Assembly: GCF_004010195.1 (NCBI RefSeq)
Contig: NC_057756.1
Coordinates: 8,279,695-8,321,644, forward strand
Length of the DNA stretch: 41,950 nucleotides
Reading direction: 5' to 3'
Source of the DNA: Chiloscyllium plagiosum
Lineage: Eukaryota
Below, in pieces: positions 11,646 to 23,697 of the stretch. A program made the translations under genes and the position numbers. A model generated the notes under the pieces. That model was not told where the DNA came from, did not search any database, and saw only the letters and a program-made list of their open reading frames with translations. The number at the start of each line of letters is the position of its first letter. Positions within the stretch are counted from its first letter, which is position 1.

Positions 11646-12074
11646 ATTTGTTTTGATTAGGAGAAAGAGAGGACTGCAGATACTGGAGATCAGAGCCGAG
11701 ACCATGGTACTGGAAAAGTATAGCAGGTCAGGCAGCATCCAAGGAGCAGGAGAATCCCTCCACATTATCCCAGTCCCAAGCCTCGAACTCGGCACCACCC
11801 TCTTGACCTGTCCATCTTCCCTCCCACCTATCCACTCCAACCTCCTCTCTGACCTATCACCTTTTACCCACGCCAACTTCACCTACACATCGCATTCTCA
11901 GGTACCTGCACCCCAGCCCCACATCCATCCCATTTCTCTCTCAGCCTCCATCCAGCCCACAAGCCTCATTCCTGATGAAGGCCTTATGCACGAAATGTCG
12001 ATTCTCCTGCTCCTCGAATGCTGCACGACCGGCTGTGCTTTTCCAGCGCCGCACTCTCGACATTTGTCCTGGTT
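11646..12074. mobile_element. Penelope-like family A insertion with inverted pLTR and degenerate ~14-bp TSD
   Basis: Inverted arms at about 11690-11755 and 12000-12060. Flanks catttgttttgatt and catttgtcctggtt. Confidence 0.75.
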
Positions 12075-12468
12075 CCCAGGTTTCAGGCCGGGATTTGGCT
12101 TGTTCAATGTTAACACAGTTGGGATCATAAAAACAGTTCCAAAAAAGTAAGTCATAATCTGTTTGACATTGTGTACTAGAGCAGTGATACACTCACCACT
12201 GATGCTGTTTATTCACATGGTGGCAACACTGCACCCTCTACTGAGAAAACCATGCACTGCTCCAACAAAGGACTCTCTATGCTTGCCTCATCTCATAAAA
12301 TGGACATGGTTAAGTGGAACCATTTGAAGAAAATGGGTTACCTCTCCTTTTGACAACACCTACTTTTATCACCTCCTGCCCTACACTGATGGCACTTTAC
12401 ATGATATTCACACATTATTCACTCCAATGTCCATATCCACCTGTGAAATGTACCTTTTATGTTAATTA

Positions 12469-12803
12469 CAGGTACACAATCCATTATCCGAAATCCTTGA
12501 GGCCAGTTGGTTTTCAGAATTCAGAACATTTCGTTTTTCGGAATAAATGACATTTCACAGTGGAATACAAAATATTACCGAACAGCAGACACATATGTGA
12601 ACAGTACAAGCGCTGAGACTCACTTGACGCCTGCCAGTGCTGGACCATGCCACCACAGCACACCTGAGTGACGTGGTTCAAGTGGGTGTGCCGTTGGGTC
12701 ACATGTTCACACGCCAAAATGAACACTCCACACTCCCGGAGAAAGGTTTTGGATTTCGGAGCTTTTCAGATTTCGGAATTTCGGATAAAGGATTGCGTAC
12801 CTG
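12469..12803. mobile_element. Non-autonomous Tc1/mariner (Tigger/pogo-like) MITE, 335 bp
   Basis: TIRs CAGGTACACAATCCATTATCCGAAAT and ATTTCGGATAAAGGATTGCGTACCTG. TA target duplication at 12467-68 and 12804-05. Confidence 0.88.
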
Positions 12804-13147
12804 TACAAAGCAACTTCCTCAAAGTTCCGACCTTTCTCTCTCTGCTCAGAAACTAACCCCAAAGAACCTACAATAGCATTCCTTTTTCAACAGTGGCTTG
12901 GCTTTTAGAAGCCTCTCTCACAGCGATATATAACATAAGACGTTAAGACAATTAGATGTAGGAATGGAAGTAGACCGTTAGGCGTATTCTTTGAGATCAT
13001 GAACCAGAGTATTTCAGTAATGAAGACAGATGAGAAGAGACACAGGTTATTATCACAAATACGTAACACATTCTTGGTGACACAGTTGCAGATTCTCCTT
13101 CTCAGTGCTTAAAAAAGTAATGTTGTGTCACACAGCTCAAGGACAAG

Positions 13148-13890
13148 AACATATAGAACATAGAACATAGAACAATACAGCACAGAACAGGCCCTTCGGC
13201 CCTCAATATTGCACCGACCTGTGAACTATTCTTAGCTCGTCCCCCTACACTATCCCAAAATCATCCATGTAGTTATCTAAGGATTGTTTAAATCTCCCTA
13301 ATGTTGCTGAGTTGACTATATTAGCAGGTAGGGAATTCCACACCCTTACCACTCTCTGCGTAAAGAACCTGCCTCTGACATCTGACTTAAATCTCTCACC
13401 CCTCAATTTGTAGTTATGCCCCCTCGTCCACGCTGACGTCACCATCCTAGGAAAAAGACTTTCACTGTCTACCCTCACTAATCCTCTGATCATCTTGTAT
13501 GTCTCTATCAAATCCCCTCTTAGCCTTCTTCTTGCCAATGAGAACAGGTTCAAGTATCTCAGCCTTCCCTCATAAGACCTTCCCTCCAGACCAGACAACA
13601 TCCTGGTAAATCTCCTCTGCACCCTTTCCAATGCTTCCACATCCCTCCCGAAATATGGGGACCAGAACTGTACAAAATATTCCAAGTGTGGCCGCACCAG
13701 CATTTTGTACAATTGCAGCATGATATTGCGGCTCCGGAACTCAATCTCTCTATGAATGAAACCTGTCACACCATATGCCTTCTTAACAGCACTATCCACC
13801 TGGGTGGCAACTTTCAGGGATCTATGCACATGGGCTCCAAGATCCTTCTGCACATCCACACTACCAAGAATCTTTCCATTGACTGAGTAT
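13148..13890 (-). mobile_element. CR1 LINE 3' end, 5'-truncated
   Basis: ORF 13245-13859 (LYKMLVRPHLEY..QFWSP..LERVQRRFTRM..RGDLIETYK..TRGH..FFTQRVV) and a (TTCTATG)n tail. Confidence 0.95.
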
Positions 13891-15894
13891 AGTTCTCAAG
13901 TTGCACAAAGCTCCAATTTCCATTACTGCAGTCACATTTCCCTTTCAGTTTTCTGTTCTGAGCTGTAAATAGAATGATCATGTTGCTTCACATTTTACAA
14001 ATTATTGGTGTGGCCACAGCTGGAGCAATTGAGGCTAACTCGGGGCACAAGTTCTGGCTTGATGGTGAGGCCTTACCGGAAGTTGCAAAGCTGACTTGAC
14101 TGAATGATACCAGGGATGAGGGACTTCAGTTGATGTGGAAAGACTGGAGACATTGGGATTATTTTCCCAAGATGGAGAGAGGTTGCTTCACCGTTTGTCA
14201 AAACAGGGACAAATGCATTTCCAAGCCATTAAGTGTGATGACACCAATTTTGGATAAATCAAATTGATCCGCACCTTTTTTTAGATTCTGAAAAGCTGAG
14301 AGATGCAGGATTCTCTGTCCTCAAACTACTTATACAAATTAGTCAGGCAGAAACTTAAATTAAAGCAACAAAACAAAGGGAATACTCAGGTGTATTTCAG
14401 TCTGAAATTATTGAGATGCAGATGTGGAGGTGAGTTTACTGCAGCAATAAAATGCCCTGGTCCAACCATATTTGGAACACTGTGTGTGTGGTTCTGGGAC
14501 CCAGGCTCTGGAAAGGGCATCTGAGCCTTGGATAGAGAGATCCCATAATGGGACGAACAAACAAAGCATTAGATTTTGAGGAGAAGGATGCCTCTGTTCT
14601 TTACAACAGTCATGGGGAGGGGCGGGAATGTTTAACTCAATTCATACATTTCATGCAAATGTCGGGAATGCAGTTTCATTCGCTCGGTGGGAAAGCAATG
14701 CTTTCAGAACAAATCAGGAGTTTGCTCCGGCTCTTGTCTCTCCACAATACTGTGTGTAAGTTGTACCCTCCATTTTGTTGTGTCCACCAGAAAGAATGAG
14801 GGTGTAGTTGGGTAACTGTTTGAAGTGGTGCTTGCACTCAGGTGAAGGTTCACTATCAAGAGGGCAGTGTCATTGTCCTCTGCTCAAATCCACGGTGTGC
14901 AGCAGACTAGTCAGCGTTTGTGACCTGTTTGAACAGGTCTCGGAATCCAATGTACATAAAGACAAGAATAATGCCATGTTCTCTGGACTCTCACCCCTTC
15001 ACTGTTAGATCGGGTCCAGTAAAATCGATAGATTACAGATTGGAGGGCCCAAGACTTGTCTGAAAGACTGGAAGAAGATGTCACCATTTTATGACAACAA
15101 CAGGACATGTGCAGAGACCCCCAATCTGCAGAGACATGGCGTACTCATTCATTGTCAAAGGAGGAAAACATACCCAGCATTGCACTCATTCTGATGGCCA
15201 ACAAGGTGTCTGTCTGCATCAAGGTATCTGCAGAGCCTCAGTACGCAAGTCTCACCCAGTGCTGAGGTTCTGCCAGTATCAGATCATGTGAAGGATGAGC
15301 CCAGACATACTGAGCTGTAACACTCCCTGCAGTTGGTTTGTAACATTCCGAGTCTCACAAGGTTTATGTGAGTAACAAAGTCCATCACGCTGTCAGTCAG
15401 TAACATCCCAGCGGCTGTGTTTAGAAGCAAAACACGTGTCGATCCTATCCAATGATTCTCGGAGCAGATTGTCAAATTTCAGAACAGAGTGAGTCATGAA
15501 ACTTGACAGGGACAATTCTGGAAGCAACGTGGATTTCAGGAATAATGAAAGATCAAAATGTGTATGTGTTTCATTTTAGTCCTACTTATGTCCATTCCTA
15601 CTGGGTCCATTCTGCATCTTTTGGTTGGTCTTTTTCCAAGTTCTCTGGAATCCCTAAGTTTTGCAGTCTCTTATTTTTGGGCAAATTGTCATCCATTGTA
15701 TCATCCTTCAATGTTGTAAAAATAAGCTTTTCAAATGGAACAATACCCTGCAGGCTGGGAGTTAGTCTGTGTCTACACCATCTGCATTCGGATGTTCCAA
15801 GACTCGACCTTACAACAGACATTGTTTGTCCAGCCCCTCTCTCCATCATGTTGGTCACTGGTTTGAAATGAGGGTCAACTCCCATGGTCTTGCT

Positions 15895-16320
15895 ATTACT
15901 AAGGTTGATGAACAAAGGTTAAGCAGTTTGGGAATCTCCTCACTGGAATTGAGAAGTATGAGAGGTGATCTCATTGAGACATCATGTTTTCTTTCGGGTC
16001 TTGGGAGGGTAACTGCTTGAGAGGATGTTTCCCACATGGGAGTGTCTCAAATCAGAAAGAGCAGCAGAATTGTGGGGTGCTAATTCAGGATTGTAATAGA
16101 AGGCATTCCTTCTCTCAGAGTGCTGTGAGTCTTTGGAACTGCTTACCACAGAGAGCTCTGCAGGCAGAGTTCTTATTTATGTTTAAGGCAGAGTAAATAA
16201 ATAAATAGATTTTTGAAGCAGGGGTTAATGTGAATGGGCAGGATGTGAGAAATGTGAGATCAGCCATGATCCTGTTGACCAGCAGAATGGCCTAGTCATA
16301 TTCCTATTTCTTATCATCTT
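15895..16320 (+). mobile_element. Degraded CR1 3' fragment
   Basis: Translates as EQRLSSLGISSLELRSMRGDLIET, followed by FSQSAVSLWNCLP. Confidence 0.7.
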
Positions 16321-16652
16321 CTGGTCAATAATTTGAATTGCCTTATTCACTTCAATGAGCAACTTCAATGGCTTGTGTGACACCTGTAACTGTGAAATGA
16401 GCAGTAGCATCCAAGTGACTCTATTGCATAACGCAGTGCAGTTTCAGCTCCTCCAAATCCAATACAGGATGAGCAGGACACAGCCATCTGGGAATGGCAA
16501 ACATCAGCGTACACCTTAGACTGAATTAATCTTGGGAGTGGATCCCAGGGGATGATCAGAGCCTGGTGCAGCTCTGTAAGCAATTTAGCAACAGGACTGG
16601 AACTAAATCTGTCTTGGGGAACTGTGATCAAAATAAATGTAATTTCATGAGA

Positions 16653-16658
16653 TATAAA
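16653..16658 (+). promoter_or_regulatory. Candidate TATA box of the GPCR gene
   Basis: TATAAA about 85 bp upstream of gccATG at 16741. Confidence 0.4.
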
Positions 16659-16740
16659 GGCAGAACAGGCAGCAATCAGTTGTGAATTGGAACCTTTATT
16701 TCCAACGGGGATAAGCCATCGGCTTTCATAGTAAATAGCC

Positions 16741-18033
16741 ATGTCGACAAAAGAGAGGATAAGAGCACTGTTTGCCACTCGATATATATTTGAGCGTATC
16801 ATTGCACCCGTTGGAATTCTTGGTGAGTTCTTGCACGTTTTTGCCTCAATAGTGTTCAGGTTTAATGCAGCCATCTTTTTCAATTGGTTCAAGATGTTCT
16901 CTCCTCGTTACTTTTCACCCTCTATTTCCAGCTGCAGCTACTCAATTTCCCAGGGCCTCTTGTTGCAAATTTGACTTCAGAGGACTCTGGGAAGTAGCAT
17001 CGAGGAGAGAGAAAACAATTCCATGTTCATATATCACTGTTCACTTTTATTGACACTAAACTGTTTGGTCCATTTTAATCCTGAAATTATTATTATTCAG
17101 GAGAATAATTCATACGATTTCTTGTTTGATGTCTTCAAAGGAAATTTATTGATGATTATCATTCTTAACCGAGGAAAATGTAGGCTTACTAAATGTACCA
17201 CCAGCTATCTCATCGCGATGGCAGCAGCAGATCTCCTGGTCATCTTCTTCAGTATGATAATGTCATTCATCTTTGCTGCATTGTACACCTACATGCCCCA
17301 CACTGTCCCTTGTACTCTTCGAGAAGTGATGATATATGTAACCCTTGATTGTTCCGTCTGGTTAACAGTCGCTTTCACTTTTGATCACTTTGTTTCTATT
17401 TGTTGCCAGCAGTTCAAACTCAAATATTCCACCATCAAAACTGCAAGGGTGGTGATAGGAACCGTGTGTATATTGAGTTTGGTGACTAACATCCCCTACT
17501 ACTTCACTTATGAATCCTATGAATTCTATATGCCTGTTGGTTGTACACAAAGTCAAGAAGTTTACACTCTTCCTGGGTGGCTGGCATTCTTCTGGTTCCA
17601 CAATATTTCAACCCCACTGCTGGCTTTCTGTCTGATTTTGGTGCTTAATGTGCTGACCATCAGACATGTTTTAATATCGAGTAGAGCCCGGAGGAAGCTC
17701 CGTGGTCACGGCAAGGCTGAGAAACATGAAGATCCAGAGATGGAGAGTCGGAGGAAATCAATGATTTTACTTTTCTGTTTGTCAGGGAACTTTATCCTTT
17801 TGTGGCTGACAGAACTGATTATGATGATGTACTTCAAAATCAGCAAAACAAATGATATGCTAAATTATGGTCACCCTCTAAGTATGGCTTGGAATGCAGG
17901 AGACATGTTAAAATTTCTCAGTTCCTGCACAAACACATTTATTTATGCTGTCACTCAAAGTAAGATCCGAGAGGAATTGAAAAATGGAGTCATGTATCCA
18001 TTTACATTCATTCGAAAATTGACTAACATGTAA
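16741..18033 (+). CDS. GPR139/GPR142-like class A GPCR, two exons: join(16741..16822,17141..18033), 324 aa
   Basis: Exon 1 MSTKERIRALFATRYIFERIIAPVGIL-G with donor GTGAGT at 16823; phase-1 acceptor caaAG at 17139-17140. Exon 2 (G)NLLMIIIL..YLIAMAAADLLV..CSVWLTVAFTFDHFVSICC..DPEMESRRKSMILL..LSSCTNTFIYAVTQSK, giving 7 hydrophobic segments in total. No internal stops. Confidence 0.92.
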
Positions 18034-19039
18034 TTATCATGTTTGAAGGGGTTTCTGGTCACCAGACAAAGGAATTGGATGAATATGATGGAATTCTTCA
18101 GTACCTACAGGGAACTGCACAGAAAACTGTTCCTGATATTTCAAAACAAACAATCTACCTTTTCACTACTTTCCCCTTTCAGGGTTGGTCTAGCTTGCTC
18201 TGTAATAGCTAATATTCACCTTAACCAGTCATTGTGGTTGGAATTCTCTCTCCATTCACGTCTCCCTTGCTCCCCAGAAAATTTCTCCCAAAATTCCAAT
18301 CTGAAATGTTGGCGAATCTCTAATATTGAACGTCTCACATTTGGTGCCTTTCTGGGAAGTCAAAAATACAAACCGACTTTCACAAAGCCTTGTTATAATT
18401 TTGCAAGCCTTTATTTACTCAGCACATGTCTACCTGTAATGAAGCGAAGGGTGTAACCTTGCAGAGGTGCTTTTAACTCTTTCAACTGTGCCCTTTCCAC
18501 CACCTCTATATCCTTTACAAGTCAAGCAGAACTGAACATAACAATCTCATAGTCAAAGGTCCTTTCACATCAATTCACCATTTTCTATCACTGTCGAGAA
18601 ATTTCTATTAGTTAATTTCCTTCTTTGTTATCTTTTAAATTCACATTTTTAAGGCATTCAAATATAATCATGATGGTACGAACTGTTCTTTAACAGAGAG
18701 ACTGGAACATTACAGAAGAACCTCAATATTGTCTTTCTGTCATTCCTTCTTCTCATTGTTAATATAAAGCATTGATGTTTCCATTGCCAAGGTACCTGCC
18801 AATGGACAGACTGAATACATGAATCATTCCTTAAATGTTGTAATACTTTGGCAGTATTGCAGGTGGTTTTAGTCCTTCCTTTCCTAAAGAAAAGCTTATG
18901 AGGGACAAGGAATCTCACTAACATTTCAATATAACATATAGCTTTCATAAGGGAGTGTGAATATTGAGTAAAGATGGAGGTTCAAAGGCAAACACCTGTT
19001 TAAGGGGAACTGCAGGGGTAATAAGTGAACAGGGTTGGC

Positions 19040-19750
19040 AGTATGAACTCAGATTTCTCCAGTTTCCTCATTTCCCCACCCCCCACCTTGTCTCAGTCCC
19101 AACCCTCGAACTCAGCACCACCTTCCTAACCTGCAATCTTCTTCCTGACCTCTCCGCCCCCACCCCCACTCCAGCCTATCGCCCTCATCTTAACCTCCTT
19201 CCACCTATCGCATTTCCAACACCCCTCCCCCAAGTCCCTCCTCCCTACCTTTTATCTTAGCCTGCTTGGCACACCTTCCTCATTCCNNNNNNNNNNNNNN
19301 NNNNNNNNNNNNNNNNNNNNNNNNNNNNNNNNNNNNNNNNNNNNNNNNNNNNNNNNNNNNNNNNNNNNNNNNNNNNNNNNNNNNNNNNNNNNNNNNNNNN
19401 NNNNNNNNNNNNNNNNNNNNNNNNNNNNNNNNNNNNNNNNNNNNNNNNNNNNNNNNNNNNNNNNNNNNNNNNNNNNNNNNNNNNNNNNNNNNNNNNNNNN
19501 NNNNNNNNNNNNNNNNNNNNNNNNNNNNNNNNNNNNNNNNNNNNNNNNNNNNNNNNNNNNNNNNNNNNNNNNNNNNNNNNNNNNNNNNNNNNNNNNNNNN
19601 NNNNNNNNNNNNNNNNNNTCATTCCTGAAGAAGGGCTTATGCCCGAAACGTCGATTCTCCTGTTCCTTGGATGCTGCCTGACCTGCTGCGCTTTTCCAGC
19701 AACACATTTTCAGCTCTGATCTCCAGCACCTGCAGTCCTCACTTTCTCCT
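19040..19750 (+). mobile_element. Penelope-like family A 3' end/pLTR spanning the gap 19287-19618; hammerhead core at 19625-19652
   Basis: MNSDFSSFLISP endonuclease C-terminus, then pLTR sequence like 9834-10078. Confidence 0.82.
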
Positions 19751-20563
19751 TGTCAGTAGTAACCCCGTTTGTATTATGAGAATATGCACCGGTCTTTCTT
19801 GTTTTATACAAGCCTGTTGTTCGATCCAAAATGTCACTCCAGATCAGATGGAGCTCTCCAACATGCTATGATTTAAATCAATGCATTTCCGCAGACTTAT
19901 GCAAGCTTACAGACAGTCAAGTGGATGTCTCAATGTGGCTTCGTGTTCAAACTATTGGAGAGGGTGCTGGCAGTCCCTGTTACATCTCTCCACATTTCAG
20001 CTTCCAATTGAAGTCAATGTTGTTTCAGACCTATAACAATGCATTGCAATCTCAGTCACCATCCTGAGTATAGGACTTCCACAGAAGTGTTTTATGGTGA
20101 TACACAGGAGTGAAATGTTGTTCTGATGACCTCATTCTTATGCTGAATTGTAGCAAACCCATGTTGCACTAATGACTGACCTCCAGTTCACTGCCCCAAC
20201 CTGCCAGATAAAAACAGACCTGCACAGCAGCATTTAAAAGCAGACTTGCTCCAGTTTATCTCTCAAAAATTCATTATTTCCTCTGTAAAACTAATCGAAT
20301 ACTTTGGATTCTTGATACTGGATTAAACAGGCCACTACATGGTGACATTTTTTAGAGAAGAGAGTTGGTGAATGTTTCCACCTGCATTTGAAAAGGCACA
20401 TTATTGAGTGCCTTTAGTGAAAGCGTAGTTTCTAATTGGTCAGATGCCGAATAAAGCCTGCTTCCTTTTTTCAGGGAACAAACCAAGAACGTCAAGGCCT
20501 TGGAAAGTGAACTGGGTGGACGCTGAGAGAAAAGGTTGCTTTGCACATTCAAAGTAATCTTAC

Positions 20564-20811
20564 CAGAAATGTAGGAGAAAGTGAGGACTGCAGATGCTGG
20601 AGATCAGAGTCAAGAGTGTAGTGCTGGAAAAGCACAGCAGGTCAGGCAGCATCCGAGGAGCAGGACAATCGACACTTCGTGCAGAAGCCCTTCATCAGGA
20701 ATCCATTCATTCCCAATGAAGGGCTTATGCCTGAAACACCGATTCTCCTGCTCCTCGGATGCTGCCTGACCGGCTGTGTTTTTCCAGCACTCCCCTCTTC
20801 ACAGAAATATA
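20564..20811. mobile_element. Penelope-like family A inverted hairpin
   Basis: Arms at about 20615-20702 and 20709-20797 are reverse complements. Flanks cagaaatgta and cagaaatata. Confidence 0.78.
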
Positions 20812-20859
20812 ACACACATCCTGAGAGAATGACTAGAAGGGATCTTATTTATTGGAATT

Positions 20860-21175
20860 CAGAAATTTGAAGGGAGATCTTACAGAAACATATAAAATTA
20901 TGAATGGAATAGATAAGATAGAAGCATAAGATGTCTCCACTGATGGTAAAACTAGGACAAGAGGGCATAGCCTCAAGATTAGAGGGAGCAGATTTAGGAC
21001 TGAATTGAGATGGAACTTCTTCCCCCAGAGGATTGGGAATGTATGGAATTTCTTGCCTAGGGAAATAGTTGACGCTACTTCAATAAGCGTTTTTAAAACT
21101 AAGAGTTTTTTTGGACAATAAAAGAATTAAGGGATACGCTGAGAGCGTGGGTAAGTGGATCTGAGAGCACGAAAA
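20860..21175 (+). mobile_element. CR1 3' fragment
   Basis: gggagatcttacagaaacatataaaatta...actaggacaagagggcatagc; similar to 3925-4200. Confidence 0.8.
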
Positions 21176-21489
21176 GACATTTCATTTGTTCTGATTCCCG
21201 GGTTTCAGTCTGGGATTTGGCTTGTTCAATGATGACTTCAGTTGGGATCACAGCACACTGTTCCAAAAACAAAAGTTAGATTCTGTTTGTTTTCAGACCC
21301 TGGAACTGATGCTGTTTATTCAGACTGTTGCAATCACTGCGCCCTCTTTTGGAAAAACCATGTAATGCTTTCAATGCTTGCCTTATCTCATCAAATTGGT
21401 TTGAGTGGAACCATTTGAAGAAAAGTGGATGGCCTCTCCTTCTGACAATGCCTTCATATCTCACACCTACCCTTATTAGCTCCCCTTGG

Positions 21490-21975
21490 GGTGCAGGTCA
21501 CTCTTCCTTGAAGGTGGAGTCACAGGTGGGGGAGCGAAGAAGGCATTTGGTGCACTTACCGTTGTTGGTCAGAGTTAAAAATCACACAACACCAGGTTAT
21601 AGTCCAACAGGTTTATTTGGAAGCACTAGCTTTCGGAGTACTGCTCCTTTGTCAGGTATCTGTGGAGCAGTTCCACAACCATCCGATGTAAGAGCAGCGC
21701 TCCGAAAGCTAGTGCTTACAAATAAACCTTTTGGACGATAACCTGGTGTTGTGCGATTTTTAAGTTTGTACACCCCAGTCCAACACCAGCTCCTCCACAT
21801 CATGGCTTTGCTGGTCAGTGCATCAAGTATAGGAGTCGGGATGTCATGTTGCGACAGTACAGGACATTGGTTTGACCACTTTTGGAATGCTGCATTCAAT
21901 TCTGGCCACCCTGCTACAGGAACAATGTTGTTAAACTTAAAAGGGTGTAGAAAAAATTTACAAGGGTTGTTAGGT
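21490..21975 (+). mobile_element. CR1 fragment containing a family B Penelope hairpin (about 21573-21805)
   Basis: CR1 HSSLKVESQV sequence interrupted by an inverted pLTR pair. Flanks ttgttggtcag and ttgctggtcag. Confidence 0.8.
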
Positions 21976-22349
21976 ACTCTCTTTTTCTTCTTAGAATACC
22001 CAATTGTCAATCAGTAACAATCCGAGAATTATTACTAAAAAGCAGCAGCAGTTACATTCTGGTAAATGACAAGAAGTGTGGAACTGCGTTGCTTCTAAGT
22101 TCGGCTTATATTTCAAACATTAAGGCACTGATTGCTTTATTTCAATTATGTGTGGTTTTCAACCTTAGCAACACAATAAGCCAATTGCAATATGACATTC
22201 CATCAGTAAGTTACTTGACTTGTAACCCTATTAGCAGCAGGAGCAAATTGACATGTATATTAACATAACTTGATCAGATAAGCTGTCTTCTTACATTTTT
22301 AACTGTTGTATGACTTTAGCTTGATCACACTATTTTCTTATATCCCCAC

Positions 22350-23442
22350 AAGGATGTTGTGATCTTTGGGGATTTGAGCTACAGGGAGACGCTGAATAGG
22401 CTGGGGCTGTTTTCCCTGGAGCGTCGGAAGCTGAGGGGTGACTCTATAGAGGTTTATAAAATCATCAAGGGCATGGATAGGGTGAACAGCTAAAGTATTT
22501 TTCCCCAAGGATGAGGGACTCCAAAATTAGAAGGCATAGGTTTAAGATGAGAGGGAGAATATTTAAAAGGGTCCTGAGGGGCAACATTTTCACACAGAGG
22601 GTGGTGCATGTATGGAGTGAGCTGCCAGAGGATGTGGTGGAGGCTGGTACAATTACAACATTTAAAAGACATTGAAGAAGTAACAAAGAGGATTGAAGGC
22701 GGCAGAGCAGTAGTTGTACTTCAGTAAGGCTTTCGACAAGGTTCCCCATTGGAGACTGGTTAGCAAGATTAGATCTCACGGAATACAGGGAGAACTAGCC
22801 ATTTGGATACAGAACTGTCTCAAGGGTAGAAGCCAGAGGGTGGTGATGGAGGGTTGTTTGGAGCCCTGTGACCAGTGGAGTGCCACAAGGATCGGTGCTG
22901 GGTCCTCTACTTTTCAGCATTTATATAAATGATTTGGATGTGAGCATAAGAGGTATAGTTAGTAAGTTTGCAAATGACACCAAGATGTAGTGGACAGTGA
23001 AGAGGGTTACCTCAGATTACAGCAGGATCTGGACCAGATGGGCCAATGGGCTGGGAAGTGGCAGATGGAGTTTAATTCAGATAAATGTGAGGTGCTGCAT
23101 TTTGGGAAAGCAAATCTTAGCAGAACTTATACACTTAATGCTAAGGTCCTAGAGAGTGTTGCTGAACAAAGGGACCTTGTAGTGCAGGTTCATAGCTCCT
23201 TAAAAGTGGAGTCGCAGGTAGATAAGATAGTGAAGAAGGTGTTTGGTATGCTTTCCTTTATTGGTCAGAGTATTGAGTACAGGAGTTGGGAGGTCATGTT
23301 GCGGCTGTACAGGACATTGGTTAGGCCACTGTTGGAATATGGCATGCAATTCTGGTCTCCTTCTTTTCAGAAAGATGTTGTGAAACTTGAAAGGGTTCAG
23401 AAAAGATTTACAAGGATGTTGCCAGGGTTGAAGGATTTGAGT
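22350..23442 (+). mobile_element. Two adjacent CR1 ORF2 fragments
   Basis: C-terminal piece at 22350-22675, then an RT piece FSKAFDKVPH...WQMEFNSDKCEVLHFGK...LERVQKRFTRMLPGL. Confidence 0.9.
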
Positions 23443-23697
23443 TCAGGGACTGAGACCACTGGGAGAGACAGAGAAATGGTGCAGACAAAGTTACATGGCA
23501 GTACAACTTCAGAGTTGGCATAATGTCATCATCAGATTAATGATCACAGGCCTCTGCACAGTGAATAGAAAATGTACTTTCCTGACTATGGGGAGAGTCG
23601 GTGTTGGAATGTGAAGTGGGATTGGATTCCAATGTTTGAAATCACAGATGTTTCTATGATTTAGCTGATTTGAAAAAGAATTTGAATGGGTATTTAA

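Noticed and set aside
14548..15915. Several short Cys-containing ORFs
   Set aside because: No recognisable domain, no consistent splice structure and no start context.
17023..17140. N-terminus of ORF 17023-18033 as the GPCR start
   Set aside because: It is intronic; TM1 is completed by exon 1 at 16741-16822.
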